DNA of 64,000 nucleotides from Flavobacterium sp. (GTDB lineage Bacteria; Bacteroidota; Bacteroidia; Flavobacteriales; Flavobacteriaceae): NCBI GenBank assembly GCA_036676965.1, contig JAKFBW010000055.1, positions 3,567 to 67,566 of the forward strand, read 5' to 3'. Shown piece by piece: positions 9,715 to 19,440 of this stretch (position 1 is its first letter; each line of letters starts with the position of its first letter). The notes under the pieces were generated by a model. It saw only the letters and a program-made list of their open reading frames with translations, ran no database searches and was not told where the DNA came from. The position numbers and the translations under genes were made by a program.

Positions 9715-9800
9715 AGTCCTTAGTCCTTAGTCGGTGAGTCCTTAGCTTTATAAATTAAAAAAGTCCCTGGCACTTATTTCTAAACACTAGGGACTAACTC
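9715..9800. repeat. 7-bp-periodic inverted array (AGTCCTT ... AGGGACT)
   Basis: AGTCCTT AGTCCTT AGTCGGT GAGTCCTT ... CACTAGGGACTAAC; same family as 14893, 15538, 15974 and 21700. Confidence 0.75.
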
Positions 9801-9803
9801 TAA

Positions 9804-11150
9804 TTAAACAGCTCCTTGAGCCAGCATCGCATCGGCCACTTTTACAAATCCGGCAATGTTGGCTCCTTTTACGTAGTTTATATAACCATCGGGTTCGACT
9901 CCATATTTTACACAGGAAGCATGAATATTCAACATAATCCCTTTTAATTTTTCATCCACTTCTTCGGCTGTCCAGCTCAACCGCAAGGAGTTTTGGGACA
10001 TCTCCAACCCTGAAGTAGCCACTCCGCCCGCATTAGAGGCTTTTCCCGGAGAGAATAATAATTTAGCTGTTTGGATTATGGCAATCCCTTCCGGAGTGGT
10101 TGGCATATTGGCCCCTTCGGCAATACAAATACATCCGTTGGCCACCAAAGCTTTGGCTCCAGTTTCATCCAACTCGTTTTGGGTTGCACAGGGCATGGCA
10201 ATATCACATTTTACCTCCCAAGGACGGGAATTGGCAACATATTTCGCCTTTGGATATTTTGTGACATAATCTTTAATTCTTCCCCTTAATTCATTTTTAA
10301 TCACCATTACATGCGCCAATTTCTCGGCATCAATTCCATCGGCATCATAAATATATCCGGAAGAATCAGACATCGTGACCACTTTTCCTCCCAACTGGGT
10401 AGCTTTCTGCACCGCATACTGCGCCACATTCCCTGAACCGGAAATCACTGCCGTTTTCCCGGCGAACTGCTCCCCTTTGGTAGCCAACATGCTTTGGGCA
10501 AAATATACCGCCCCGTATCCTGTAGCTTCAGGCCGGATTAACGAACCTCCGAAAGAAATTCCTTTCCCGGTTAAAACCCCGGTAAATTCATTCCTCAATC
10601 TTTTGTATTGACCAAAAAGATAGCCCACTTCTCTTGCACCAACCCCAATATCCCCGGCAGGCACATCGATATCGGCACCAATATATTTAGACAATTCAAT
10701 CATGAAACTTTGGCAAAAACGCATCACTTCATTATCGGATTTTCCTTTGGGATCAAAATCAGAACCTCCTTTTCCACCGCCCATGGCCAAGGTGGTCAAA
10801 CTGTTTTTAAAGGTTTGTTCGAAAGCCAAAAATTTCAGGATACTCAAATTCACCGAAGGGTGAAAACGAAGCCCTCCTTTATACGGGCCGATAGCCGAAT
10901 TCATCTGGATACGATACCCCCTGTTGACTTGGATTTCGCCTTTGTCATCAATCCAGGTGACACGAAAAGTAACAATTCGTTCCGATTCCACCATCCGCTC
11001 CAAAAGCATCTTGTTCTGGTATTTTTTATTTTCTTCGATAAACGGAATTACGGTATCGGCAACTTCCAAAACCGCCTGTAAAAATTCTGGCTCATTAGGA
11101 TTTTTTTGAGCGACCCCTTCCATAAAGGAAGTAATACTTTGCGATATCAT
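9804..11150 (-). CDS. gdhA: NADP-specific glutamate dehydrogenase
   Basis: GPYKGGLRFHPSV, GGGKGGSDFDP, DVPAGDIGVG, RPEATGYG, GSGNVAQY, EGANMP. Confidence 0.97.
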   Translation of the reverse strand: MISQSITSFMEGVAQKNPNEPEFLQAVLEVADTVIPFIEENKKYQNKMLLERMVESERIVTFRVTWIDDKGEIQVNRGYRIQMNSAIGPYKGGLRFHPSVNLSILKFLAFEQTFKNSLTTLAMGGGKGGSDFDPKGKSDNEVMRFCQSFMIELSKYIGADIDVPAGDIGVGAREVGYLFGQYKRLRNEFTGVLTGKGISFGGSLIRPEATGYGAVYFAQSMLATKGEQFAGKTAVISGSGNVAQYAVQKATQLGGKVVTMSDSSGYIYDADGIDAEKLAHVMVIKNELRGRIKDYVTKYPKAKYVANSRPWEVKCDIAMPCATQNELDETGAKALVANGCICIAEGANMPTTPEGIAIIQTAKLLFSPGKASNAGGVATSGLEMSQNSLRLSWTAEEVDEKLKGIMLNIHASCVKYGVEPDGYINYVKGANIAGFVKVADAMLAQGAV

Positions 11151-11197
11151 ATGGTTCGATTTTTAGTGTTAAAAAAACGTTTTCGTACGTATATACA

Positions 11198-11205
11198 CAA
11201 ATATA
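11198..11205 (-). promoter_or_regulatory. -7 promoter box for gdhA (TATATTTG)
   Basis: Exact TAnnTTTG about 48 nt upstream of the ATG. Confidence 0.55.
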
Positions 11206-11391
11206 CATTTTAAAAAATTATTCAAACCTTCGTTTTCCATATTAAAAGAAAGAATTATCTTTTTTTTAATGAAGCTGTGAAAATCAGATTTAATCTTGCC
11301 CTTTTAAAGAAAAACAGTGTCGTTTTCATAGTCAAATTTGCATTTGACTGCTTTATTTTAATTTTATCCTAAGGGATGACTGATGTTTTTA

Positions 11392-11399
11392 TATCTTTG
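11392..11399 (+). promoter_or_regulatory. -7 promoter box (TATCTTTG)
   Basis: Exact TAnnTTTG 25 nt upstream of ATG 11425. Confidence 0.55.
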
Positions 11400-11424
11400 T
11401 CGAGACTTGAAATTCCAATATAAA

Positions 11425-12228
11425 ATGCTCAAAAAAACCATCTTAACTTTGTTAATTTTAGTTGGTTTTACCAATTATTCAAATGCCCAATTCGGCTTTT
11501 CGCACGAAATAGGTGTTATAGCAGGACCTGTGGCATTTCAATCGGATTATGGGGAGCGTTACAATTTAGAGACCAATGCAGGGAATACCGGTTTAGGGGT
11601 CGGAATTATTCATTACATCAATTTTTCTTACAAAGCAGAATGTAACTGTTACACGCCTGAGACTTATTTTAATGACCATTTTAAACTCAGAAGTGAATTA
11701 TCTTATAATAAAACCGAATTAAAACATTTCGGGGAATGGGTTGAACCGGACAAAACTTCTATACAAGCAGATCAATTACGGGCCATGAAAGGAAGTACAG
11801 CCGTAACCAACGTCGGAATGCAATTGGAATATTTTCCGTTAAGCATCCGTGATTTTACTGCGCGAATAGGCAGTTTGGGGCCTTTTGTGAGTCTTGGTGC
11901 CCAGTTCAGCTATTACAATGCCGAAGCCTACTCTACAATGGGCCCTTTAGGCACACCATTGACTACCTATCCTAAATATTTGACTCCAACAGATGGCCGC
12001 CCTTATGGTTTTTCAACCGAAACGGGCTCTGTATGGTCTGTTATTTCGAGCGTGGGAACGCGTTATAAGTTAAGTCCGCTTCGGGATTTAATGATCGATT
12101 TACGCTTTCAGTATTATTTCTCCAACTGGGTCGATGGTTTGAATCCGAATCCGGCGATGTATAAAGAAAACAAAGCCAATGACTGGTTGGTTTGGCTCAA
12201 TGTGGGTTATATTTATTACCTGCAATAA
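11425..12228 (+). CDS. Outer-membrane beta-barrel protein, THC0290_0291-like family
   Basis: Signal MLKKTILTLLILVGFTNYSNA-Q; SHEIGVIAGPVAFQSDYGER; NWVDGLNP; C-terminal NVGYIYYLQ. Start moved downstream of the promoter box. Confidence 0.7.
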   Translation: MLKKTILTLLILVGFTNYSNAQFGFSHEIGVIAGPVAFQSDYGERYNLETNAGNTGLGVGIIHYINFSYKAECNCYTPETYFNDHFKLRSELSYNKTELKHFGEWVEPDKTSIQADQLRAMKGSTAVTNVGMQLEYFPLSIRDFTARIGSLGPFVSLGAQFSYYNAEAYSTMGPLGTPLTTYPKYLTPTDGRPYGFSTETGSVWSVISSVGTRYKLSPLRDLMIDLRFQYYFSNWVDGLNPNPAMYKENKANDWLVWLNVGYIYYLQ

Positions 12229-12298
12229 AAACTTCGTATCAAATTTTATAGTCTGGGTTTAAAAGTTGGTACATTTGTAGTAATCAATCCATACTGCT

Positions 12299-13045
12299 AT
12301 GAAATATTCTCTTTTTTTAGCTGTCTTTTCTTTTTTAATCGTTGGTTGCAGCGGAACGGAATTAGTTTTTGAACATCAGACGTTTCAAAAAAAGACCAGC
12401 CTACCCTGCAAAGAAAATTGTCCGCATATTACGGTGAAAATCCCCGTGGCCAAAGATGCGCCTGTTGTGGCGGACAGCATCAATAAAAAAGTGTTTTCGG
12501 TTTTGAAACAAATCATTTATTTTGGCGAAAAACCATATACTTCTACCAACTATAAAGGACTTTTAGACTCCTTCATGGCTTCGTATGAAAAAATGCAAAA
12601 AGATTTCCCCAAAGACACTTTTGGCTGGGAAGCAGAGATTGAAGGCCATGTAAAATATGTGTCGGACAGCATCATCAACATCGAAATCAAGCATTACACC
12701 TATACCGGCGGAGCGCATGGCTATCAGGGATACCGCTCCTTACTTTTTGATCCCAATACCGGAAAATCCATCTCAACCGACAAACTTTTTAAAGACAAAA
12801 ATGCTTTTATGGCTTTCGCCGAAAAGAAATTCAGGGTCAAATATAAAATTCCGGAAAACGGATCGATTAATGCTACGGGATACCAATTTGAAGACGACCA
12901 ATTCCACTTGCCCCTGACCATTTTTTATACCGATAAAGGGTTGCTTTTATATTACAACCCCTATGAAGTCGCTTCTTATGCCGATGGCCCGAAACAATTA
13001 TTCTTTCCCTATACAGAAGTCAATACCTTTCTACGGCTAAAATAA
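12299..13045 (+). CDS. DUF3298/DUF4163 domain lipoprotein
   Basis: Lipobox IVGC; YTYTGGAHG and YNPYEVASYADG motifs; TACATTTG promoter box at 12270. Confidence 0.85.
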   Translation: MKYSLFLAVFSFLIVGCSGTELVFEHQTFQKKTSLPCKENCPHITVKIPVAKDAPVVADSINKKVFSVLKQIIYFGEKPYTSTNYKGLLDSFMASYEKMQKDFPKDTFGWEAEIEGHVKYVSDSIINIEIKHYTYTGGAHGYQGYRSLLFDPNTGKSISTDKLFKDKNAFMAFAEKKFRVKYKIPENGSINATGYQFEDDQFHLPLTIFYTDKGLLLYYNPYEVASYADGPKQLFFPYTEVNTFLRLK

Positions 13046-13057
13046 CGAAATGAAAAA

Positions 13058-13513
13058 CTAAACCAGTTTTCTGATTCCCAGGATAACACCTATATGAATT
13101 CCCTCGTGAAAATTATTGAAAGCCATGGCGTCCTGTGCAGATTTTAAAACATAACCTGTAGAAGTAGGATATTCGTTAAAATTTTGAAACAGATTATTTT
13201 TTAAATCAATTTCAGTCTGATGGATGGTTTCAGAAAGTAACGCTAGAATTTCGTCGGCTTCTTCCTGGTCAACAACATGCTCAGTTTTCGTTCCCTTTTT
13301 GTATTTCTCCACCATTTCATCAGAAACCATCATAGGCAAACCGGATAATTTATAGACTAATATTTGTTGGGTAACCACGATATGGCCGACATTCCAAATC
13401 AAATTATTAGTAAAACCTTCCGGAACTTTGTTTAATTGTTCTAAGGTATACCCCTGGATTAATTTAGAAACCATGTTTCTACTGGTTTTGGTAACATCTA
13501 CTATTTGTTGCAT
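13058..13513 (-). CDS. DinB family protein
   Basis: NNLIWNVGH...FNNFHEGIHIG metal-binding histidines. Confidence 0.85.
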   Translation of the reverse strand: MQQIVDVTKTSRNMVSKLIQGYTLEQLNKVPEGFTNNLIWNVGHIVVTQQILVYKLSGLPMMVSDEMVEKYKKGTKTEHVVDQEEADEILALLSETIHQTEIDLKNNLFQNFNEYPTSTGYVLKSAQDAMAFNNFHEGIHIGVILGIRKLV

Positions 13514-13597
13514 TGTATTGGATTTGTAAATTTTCGATAAAAATAATCATTTTCCGTATCAAATGAATTTTCTTTGCATTACGAAAACTTCCTTACC

Positions 13598-13954
13598 ATG
13601 AACAAAATATACTACCTCGCTTCCTGTGATACCTGCAGAAAAATTATAAAATCCTTACCGAAAGACCATAATTTGGTTTTCCATGACATCAAACAAGACC
13701 CGATTACTGTGGAAGAATTGGAAGAATTGCACGCACTTTCGGGAAGTTATGAAGCGCTGTTCAGCAAAAAAGCCCAACTGTACAAATCATTGGGACTGAA
13801 AGACAAATCGCTGACCGAAGCCGATTACAAAGACTATATTTTAGAACATTACACCTTTTTGAGCCGACCGGTTTTTATCATTGAAGGTAAAATCTACATT
13901 GGCAACAGCCAACAAAACATGCACCAGGTAATGCTGGCCTTAAATGCCTTATAA
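13598..13954 (+). CDS. ArsC/Spx family protein
   Basis: YYLASCDTCRK (CxxC), DIKQDP, LSRPVF. Confidence 0.85.
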   Translation: MNKIYYLASCDTCRKIIKSLPKDHNLVFHDIKQDPITVEELEELHALSGSYEALFSKKAQLYKSLGLKDKSLTEADYKDYILEHYTFLSRPVFIIEGKIYIGNSQQNMHQVMLALNAL

Positions 13955-14026
13955 AATCCCACCCAAAAACGAAGTCCTAGCCACTGATAACTTTTTTCTT
14001 ATCTTTGAGCTCTTTTTAGAAAACAT

Positions 14027-14887
14027 ATGATACAATCAATGACCGGTTTTGGTAAAGCAACTTTGCAACTGCCAACCAAAAAAATAACAGTAGAAGTAAA
14101 GTCGCTAAACAGTAAAGGTTTAGATTTGAATGTGAGAATGCCTTCACTTTACCGCGAAATGGAATTAGGGCTACGTAACCAAATTGCAGTGCAACTCGAA
14201 AGAGGGAAAATAGATTTCTCTATTTTTATCGAAAGTACCGCCGAGCAAACTTCCACCAAAGTAAATGTCCCTATCGTAAAAGCCTATATCAGTCAACTGC
14301 GCGAAGTATACGCTGATGCAGAGGAAACCGAGCTGATGAAAATGGCCATCCGCATGCCGGATACCATGAAAATAGAACGCGAAGAAATTGATGAAAATGA
14401 TTGGGCGCAAATTAAAACGGTCATTGAAGAAAGCCTGAAAAACATTCAAAATTTCAGGAGAGACGAAGGCGCTTCTTTAGAAAAAGAATTTCAATTGCGC
14501 ATTGGCAACATTCGTCAATACATGACCGAAGCACTCGAACTGGATCCGGAACGTGTTCAAGCCATCAAAGACCGTTTGCAAACTGCCATCACCGAATTGG
14601 AAGTGAATGTTGACGCCAATCGTTTTGAACAGGAATTGATTTATTACTTAGAAAAATTAGACATCACCGAAGAAAAAGTACGTCTGAACAATCACTTGGA
14701 TTATTTCCTGGAAACCATCAACGGTACCGAAGCCAACGGTAGAAAATTAGGATTCATCACCCAGGAAATGGGACGCGAAATCAACACCATGGGTTCTAAA
14801 TCCAATCACGCACAGATGCAAAAATTGGTCGTGATGATGAAAGACGAATTGGAAAAAATCAAAGAACAGGTTTTAAACGTTTTATAA
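14027..14887 (+). CDS. YicC/YloC family endoribonuclease
   Basis: MIQSMTGFG, EVKSLNSKGLDL, DITEEKVRL, GRKLGFITQEMGREINTMGSK; TATCTTTG box at 14000. Confidence 0.93.
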   Translation: MIQSMTGFGKATLQLPTKKITVEVKSLNSKGLDLNVRMPSLYREMELGLRNQIAVQLERGKIDFSIFIESTAEQTSTKVNVPIVKAYISQLREVYADAEETELMKMAIRMPDTMKIEREEIDENDWAQIKTVIEESLKNIQNFRRDEGASLEKEFQLRIGNIRQYMTEALELDPERVQAIKDRLQTAITELEVNVDANRFEQELIYYLEKLDITEEKVRLNNHLDYFLETINGTEANGRKLGFITQEMGREINTMGSKSNHAQMQKLVVMMKDELEKIKEQVLNVL

Positions 14888-14892
14888 GTAAG

Positions 14893-14955
14893 TAGTCCAT
14901 AGTGGTTAGTCCTTAGTCTTCTACTTGGGACTAATCACTAAGGACTAAGGACTAA
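14893..14955. repeat. 7-bp-periodic inverted array (AGTCCTT / AAGGACT)
   Basis: AGTCCAT AGTGGTT AGTCCTT AGTCTT ... GGGACTAATCACTAAGGACTAAGGACTAA. Confidence 0.8.
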
Positions 14956-14965
14956 TTATTATATT

Positions 14966-15535
14966 ATGAAAGGAAAATTAATCGTATTCTCAGCGCCATC
15001 AGGTTCGGGAAAAACCACCATAGTAAGGCATTTATTAAAACAGGAAGACCTGAATTTAGAGTTTTCCATTTCGGCTGCAACACGTGAAGCCCGTGGCGAG
15101 GAAGTAAACGGAAAAGATTATTACTTCATGTCTTTGGAAGAATTTAAAAACCACATCAAAAACGAGGATTTTGTAGAATGGGAAGAAGTGTACCGCGACA
15201 ACTTTTATGGCACTTTAAAAAGTGAAGTGGAACGTATCTGGGCCAAAGGAAAAAACGTGATTTTTGATATTGATGTTGCCGGTGGATTAAGAATCAAACA
15301 TAAATTCCCGGAAGAAACGTTGGCTGTTTTTGTGAAACCACCCAGTGTAGATGAATTGAAACGCAGACTGAAAGAACGTTCTACCGAAAGTGAGGACAAA
15401 ATCAATATGCGTATTGCCAAAGCTCACGTTGAACTGGCAACCGCACCACAATTTGATGTAATTATCAAAAACTACGATTTGGATATCGCTTTGGAAGAAG
15501 CGACTCAACTTGTAAAGGAGTTTGTTAGCAAATAG
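14966..15535 (+). CDS. gmk: Guanylate kinase
   Basis: SAPSGSGKTT P-loop, SISAATREAR, YGTL, DIDVAGG, FVKPPS. Confidence 0.97.
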   Translation: MKGKLIVFSAPSGSGKTTIVRHLLKQEDLNLEFSISAATREARGEEVNGKDYYFMSLEEFKNHIKNEDFVEWEEVYRDNFYGTLKSEVERIWAKGKNVIFDIDVAGGLRIKHKFPEETLAVFVKPPSVDELKRRLKERSTESEDKINMRIAKAHVELATAPQFDVIIKNYDLDIALEEATQLVKEFVSK

Positions 15536-15537
15536 TA

Positions 15538-15590
15538 ATTAGTCCTTAGTACATAGTCCTTAGTTTAGGTACTAAGAACTAATCATCTAA
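15538..15590. repeat. 7-bp-periodic inverted array upstream of the four-helix-bundle gene
   Basis: TTAGTCCTTAGTACATAGTCCTTAG ... ACTAAGAACTAA. Confidence 0.75.
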
Positions 15591-15603
15591 AAATTAAAAA
15601 ATT

Positions 15604-15969
15604 ATGAGTGGAGTTAAATCATACAAAGAATTACTTATTTGGCAAAAAGGTATCAAGATTGTGGTTTTAATATATAAACTCACGAGGAGCTTTCCTAAAG
15701 AAGAAATTTATGCTTTAACAAGTCAATTAAAAAGAGCCAGTGTCTCAGTTCCTTCAAATATTGCCGAAGGATTTGGACGTCAAAAAGATAAATCATTTAA
15801 TCATTTTTTGAATATTTCCAGAGGTTCATTAAACGAAATAGAAACACAATTAATTATCGCAAAAGAATTGGAATTTATCTTAGATATGGATTTGTTCAAT
15901 GAAATTATGTTTTTAATAGAAGAAGAAGGTAAAATGATAAATGCTTTTTCAAAAAACTTGAAAGACTAA
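15604..15969 (+). CDS. Four-helix-bundle protein (23S rRNA IVS-like / Avd-related fold)
   Basis: YKELLIWQK, FPKEEIYALTSQLKRASVSVPSNIAEG, F..FLNISRGSLNEIETQL. Confidence 0.93.
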   Translation: MSGVKSYKELLIWQKGIKIVVLIYKLTRSFPKEEIYALTSQLKRASVSVPSNIAEGFGRQKDKSFNHFLNISRGSLNEIETQLIIAKELEFILDMDLFNEIMFLIEEEGKMINAFSKNLKD

Positions 15970-15973
15970 AACG

Positions 15974-16033
15974 GAGTCCTTAAATATTTAGAACTAATTA
16001 CCATTATCACTAAGGACTAACAACTAAGTACTA
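15974..16033. repeat. 7-bp-periodic inverted array downstream of the four-helix-bundle gene
   Basis: GAGTCCTT ... GAACTAA ... CACTAAGGACTAACAACTAAGTACTAA. Confidence 0.72.
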
Positions 16034-16036
16034 AAA

Positions 16037-16618
16037 ATGAAAATAGGATTGTATTTCGGCACCTTCAACCCCATACATGTTGGCCATCTCATCATTGCCA
16101 ATCATATGGTGGAACATACCGATTTAGACCAAATTTGGATGGTCGTTACGCCCCACAATCCGTTGAAGAAAAAAAGCACTTTGCTCGACGATTACCACCG
16201 TTTGCAAATGGTTTATTTGGCCACCGAGGATTTTCCGAAACTCAAACCCTCCGATATTGAGTTTAAACTAAGCCAGCCTAATTACACGGTGAATACCTTA
16301 GTGCATTTAGGGGAAAAGTATCCTTCCCATGAATTTTCCTTGATTATGGGAGAGGACAATCTAAAGTCTTTCCACAAATGGAAAAACTATGAAGCCATTT
16401 TAGCGCATCATGACATTTATGTATATCCACGAATCTCTACAGAAGCTGAGAATTCAGAATTTAAAAACCATCCCAAAATTCATCTGATTGACGCTCCGGT
16501 TGTCGAAATCTCCTCGACTTTTATTCGGGACAACATCAAAAAAGGAAAAAACATACAGCCTTTATTGCCGACCAAAGTTTGGCAATACATAGACCACAAT
16601 AATTTTTACAGAAAATAA
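16037..16618 (+). CDS. nadD: Nicotinate-nucleotide adenylyltransferase
   Basis: GLYFGTFNPIHVGH, PHNPLK, YTVNTL, LIMGEDN, ISSTFIR. Confidence 0.96.
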   Translation: MKIGLYFGTFNPIHVGHLIIANHMVEHTDLDQIWMVVTPHNPLKKKSTLLDDYHRLQMVYLATEDFPKLKPSDIEFKLSQPNYTVNTLVHLGEKYPSHEFSLIMGEDNLKSFHKWKNYEAILAHHDIYVYPRISTEAENSEFKNHPKIHLIDAPVVEISSTFIRDNIKKGKNIQPLLPTKVWQYIDHNNFYRK

Positions 16619-16689
16619 TTGGTTTTAAATTAACCATCGTTTATCCATTCGACAAAAGTGATTTCTTAACTTTGATAAAAAAAGTAATC

Positions 16690-17853
16690 ATGCTCAACTT
16701 CGAATTATACAATCCAACGAACTTAGTTTTTGGAAAAGGACAGATAGAAAAATTACCCACTCTGGTACCGCAAGGTTCCAAAATTTTATTGGCTTACGGA
16801 GGCGGAAGCATCTTCAAGAACGGTATTTACGATCAGGTAAAAACCGCCTTATCCGGTTTTGAAATCGTTGAATTTGGCGGCATCGAACCCAATCCCCATT
16901 TTGAAACCTTGATGAAAGCCGTGGCGATTATCAAAGAACAAAATATCGATTTTATTCTGGCCGTTGGCGGCGGTTCGGTAATTGATGGGGTGAAGTTTAT
17001 CTCGGCAGCCGTTCATTTTGAAGGCAATCCGATTGACATTCTTCAAAAACGCATTTTATTTAAAGATGTCTCCAAAGTGATTCCCTTTGGCACCGTGTTA
17101 ACCTTGCCGGCCACAGGTTCTGAAATGAATTCGGGTGCGGTGGTAACTATTGCCGCCACACAGGAAAAACTCACCCTTGGCGGAAGTGCCCTGTTTCCGA
17201 AATTTTCTATCTGTGACCCCACCGTTATCGCTTCATTGCCTAAAAGACAATTGCAAAACGGGGTTGTAGATGCTTATACCCATGTGATGGAACAATACCT
17301 AACCTATCCGCATGAGGGTTATTTACAGGACCGAATTGCCGAAAGCATTTTACAAACCCTGATCGAGATTGGCCCAAAAGTGGTGGAAAACCCAACCGAT
17401 TATGCTTTGGCTTCCAATTTTATGTGGAGTTGCACAATGGCTTTGAACGGATTAATCCAGAAAGGGGTTCCGAGTGACTGGGCAACGCATATGATTGGCC
17501 ATGAACTGACCGCTTTGTACGGCATCGATCATGCACGGACGTTGGCGATTATTGGCCCCAACTTATACCGCGTCATGTTTGAATCGAAAAAAGGGAAATT
17601 GGAGCAATACGGAAAACGTATTTTTAATTTAACCGGTACAGAAGAAACCATTGCGAACGAGGCCATCAACAAAACGGTTGAATTTTTCCACCAGATGGGA
17701 ATGGACACCAAGCTTTCAGACTACACCGCAACTTATGATCATACCGCAGATTTCATCGTAAATCGTTTTGACGAAAGAGGTTGGAAAGGTCTGGGGGAGA
17801 AACAAAATGTTACTTTAGAAAAAGTAAAATCAATAGTGGAAAGAAGCTATTAG
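16690..17853 (+). CDS. Iron-containing alcohol dehydrogenase (YqhD-like)
   Basis: NPTNLVFGKG, GGGSVIDG, TLPATGSEMN, HMIGHELTA...HARTL. Confidence 0.92.
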   Translation: MLNFELYNPTNLVFGKGQIEKLPTLVPQGSKILLAYGGGSIFKNGIYDQVKTALSGFEIVEFGGIEPNPHFETLMKAVAIIKEQNIDFILAVGGGSVIDGVKFISAAVHFEGNPIDILQKRILFKDVSKVIPFGTVLTLPATGSEMNSGAVVTIAATQEKLTLGGSALFPKFSICDPTVIASLPKRQLQNGVVDAYTHVMEQYLTYPHEGYLQDRIAESILQTLIEIGPKVVENPTDYALASNFMWSCTMALNGLIQKGVPSDWATHMIGHELTALYGIDHARTLAIIGPNLYRVMFESKKGKLEQYGKRIFNLTGTEETIANEAINKTVEFFHQMGMDTKLSDYTATYDHTADFIVNRFDERGWKGLGEKQNVTLEKVKSIVERSY

Positions 17854-18139
17854 TTGAAATTTCAATAAACAAAAAAAGAAGGCGTTCTCAGATTTGATTC
17901 CAGGACGCCTTTCTCATAACACCAAAACAAAACTAACTAAACTAACTACCATTTACTTATTAAAAAAAACTAATTTATAGTTACTTACAACGACCGATAT
18001 GAAAATATATTGTATCGCATTATACTAAAACTTAAAAAAATTTAAACACTTCTTTTTGCCTTGCTAAATCACGGTTCAGCCTAATTATTTTTGTTGGATA
18101 ACTACTTTTTTAAGTACTTTTGGTTAAATTTAATTTATA

Positions 18140-19135
18140 ATGGCCGAAAATATAAAATTTGCTGTAATAGGCGGTGGAAGTTGGGCAACTGCAATTACAA
18201 AAATGCTTTGTTCCAATCTATCCGAAGTGTCTTGGTATATGCGTAATGAGTCTGCAATTGAGCACATTAAAACCTACAAACACAATCCCAATTACATCAG
18301 TTCAGTAGAATTTGACATCAGCAAACTGAAATTGACCAATGATATCAATGAAGCCGTCGCCTATGCCGATTATATCATATTTGCCATTCCATCTGCCTTT
18401 TTGCAAACAGAACTCGAAAAACTCACGGTCTCTCTTAAGGATAAAATCATTTTTTCGGCTATAAAAGGAATCGTACCCGAGACGAGCTTAATTGTCGGGG
18501 AACATTTCCATGTGCAATATGAAATTCCGTATTACAATATTGGCGTAATAACAGGTCCCTGCCATGCCGAGGAAGTTGCCCTGGAACGACTTTCCTACCT
18601 TACCATTGCCTGTGGCGATCCCAATAAAGCGTCTCTGGTGGCTACAAATTTATCCAGCAATTACATCAAGACCAAGATTACCGATGACATCATAGGCACC
18701 GAATATGCGGCCATGCTAAAAAACATTTATGCCATTGCCGCCGGAATTGCGCACGGTTTGGGCTATGGCGATAATTTTCAGGCCGTACTCATGAGCAATG
18801 CCATCCGGGAGATGAAAAAATTCATCAAGAAAGTACACAAAATGAAACGCAACATCAATGACTCTGCTTATCTCGGGGATTTATTGGTGACGGGATATTC
18901 TGTTTTTTCAAGAAACCGGATGTTCGGAAACATGATTGGAAAAGGCTACACGGTAAAAAGTGCCATGATGGAGATGAGTATGATTGCCGAAGGCTATTAT
19001 GCCGCCAAAAGCGCCTACAAACTCAACCAAGGCTATGGTGCCAGCACGCCTATTATTGATGCCGTTTATGAAATCCTTTACGAAGGCAAAAATGCCAAAG
19101 GCGTCTTCAAAAAACTGACTGACAAACTGGATTAA
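18140..19135 (+). CDS. gpsA: NAD(P)H-dependent glycerol-3-phosphate dehydrogenase
   Basis: GGGSWATA, AIPSAF, SAIKG, GPCHAEEV, LKNIYAIAAG, GDLLVT..S.FSRN, EGYY; TACTTTTG box at 18115. Confidence 0.95.
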   Translation: MAENIKFAVIGGGSWATAITKMLCSNLSEVSWYMRNESAIEHIKTYKHNPNYISSVEFDISKLKLTNDINEAVAYADYIIFAIPSAFLQTELEKLTVSLKDKIIFSAIKGIVPETSLIVGEHFHVQYEIPYYNIGVITGPCHAEEVALERLSYLTIACGDPNKASLVATNLSSNYIKTKITDDIIGTEYAAMLKNIYAIAAGIAHGLGYGDNFQAVLMSNAIREMKKFIKKVHKMKRNINDSAYLGDLLVTGYSVFSRNRMFGNMIGKGYTVKSAMMEMSMIAEGYYAAKSAYKLNQGYGASTPIIDAVYEILYEGKNAKGVFKKLTDKLD

Positions 19136-19161
19136 TTTATTCGTGATTTAATTAAATAAAA

Positions 19162-19246
19162 GAACCGCAGATTCGCAGATTATATTTAAATCGCGAATCT
19201 GCGGTTCTGTTTTTTTTAACCAATAGCTTATCTCACAATAATCCCG
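19162..19246 (+). repeat. Left copy of an ~85-bp imperfect direct repeat (AACCGCAGATTCGCAGAT palindrome plus duplicated gene 3' end)
   Basis: Matches 21211-21297, including ...AATAGCTTAT(C/T)TCAC(A/T)ATAA(T/C)CCCG. Confidence 0.8.
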
Positions 19247-19249
19247 GGT

Positions 19250-19278
19250 GCTGTGAGAAGTCTCCAGACTCGCACAGC
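19250..19278. repeat. REP-like hairpin GCTGTGAG-AAGTCTCCAGA-CTCGCACAGC
   Basis: Imperfect stem; loop and right arm resemble the hairpin at 60621-60645. Confidence 0.6.
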
Positions 19279-19440
19279 GCACTGCCAATACTGATAATGT
19301 TCTCGTTTTCAAAAAGACTTAGGGGAGCGGGTAAAGATTATTCACATTAAACAGCAACACAAAAAAAGCTAAAGTTTAAGTAAATTGGCATAACCATAAA
19401 ACAGCTGTATTTTTGCTAATTAAAATAAATATAAAGTATT

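Noticed and set aside
15604-15969. Diversity-generating retroelement or rRNA intervening sequence
   Set aside because: No reverse transcriptase, no TR/VR pair with adenine-specific differences and no rRNA in the window. Differences between the Rhs duplicates are not visibly adenine-restricted.
17905-18050. AT-rich AACTAACTAAACTAACTA tract as a small RNA or leader
   Set aside because: Low complexity only; no structure or ORF I can support.
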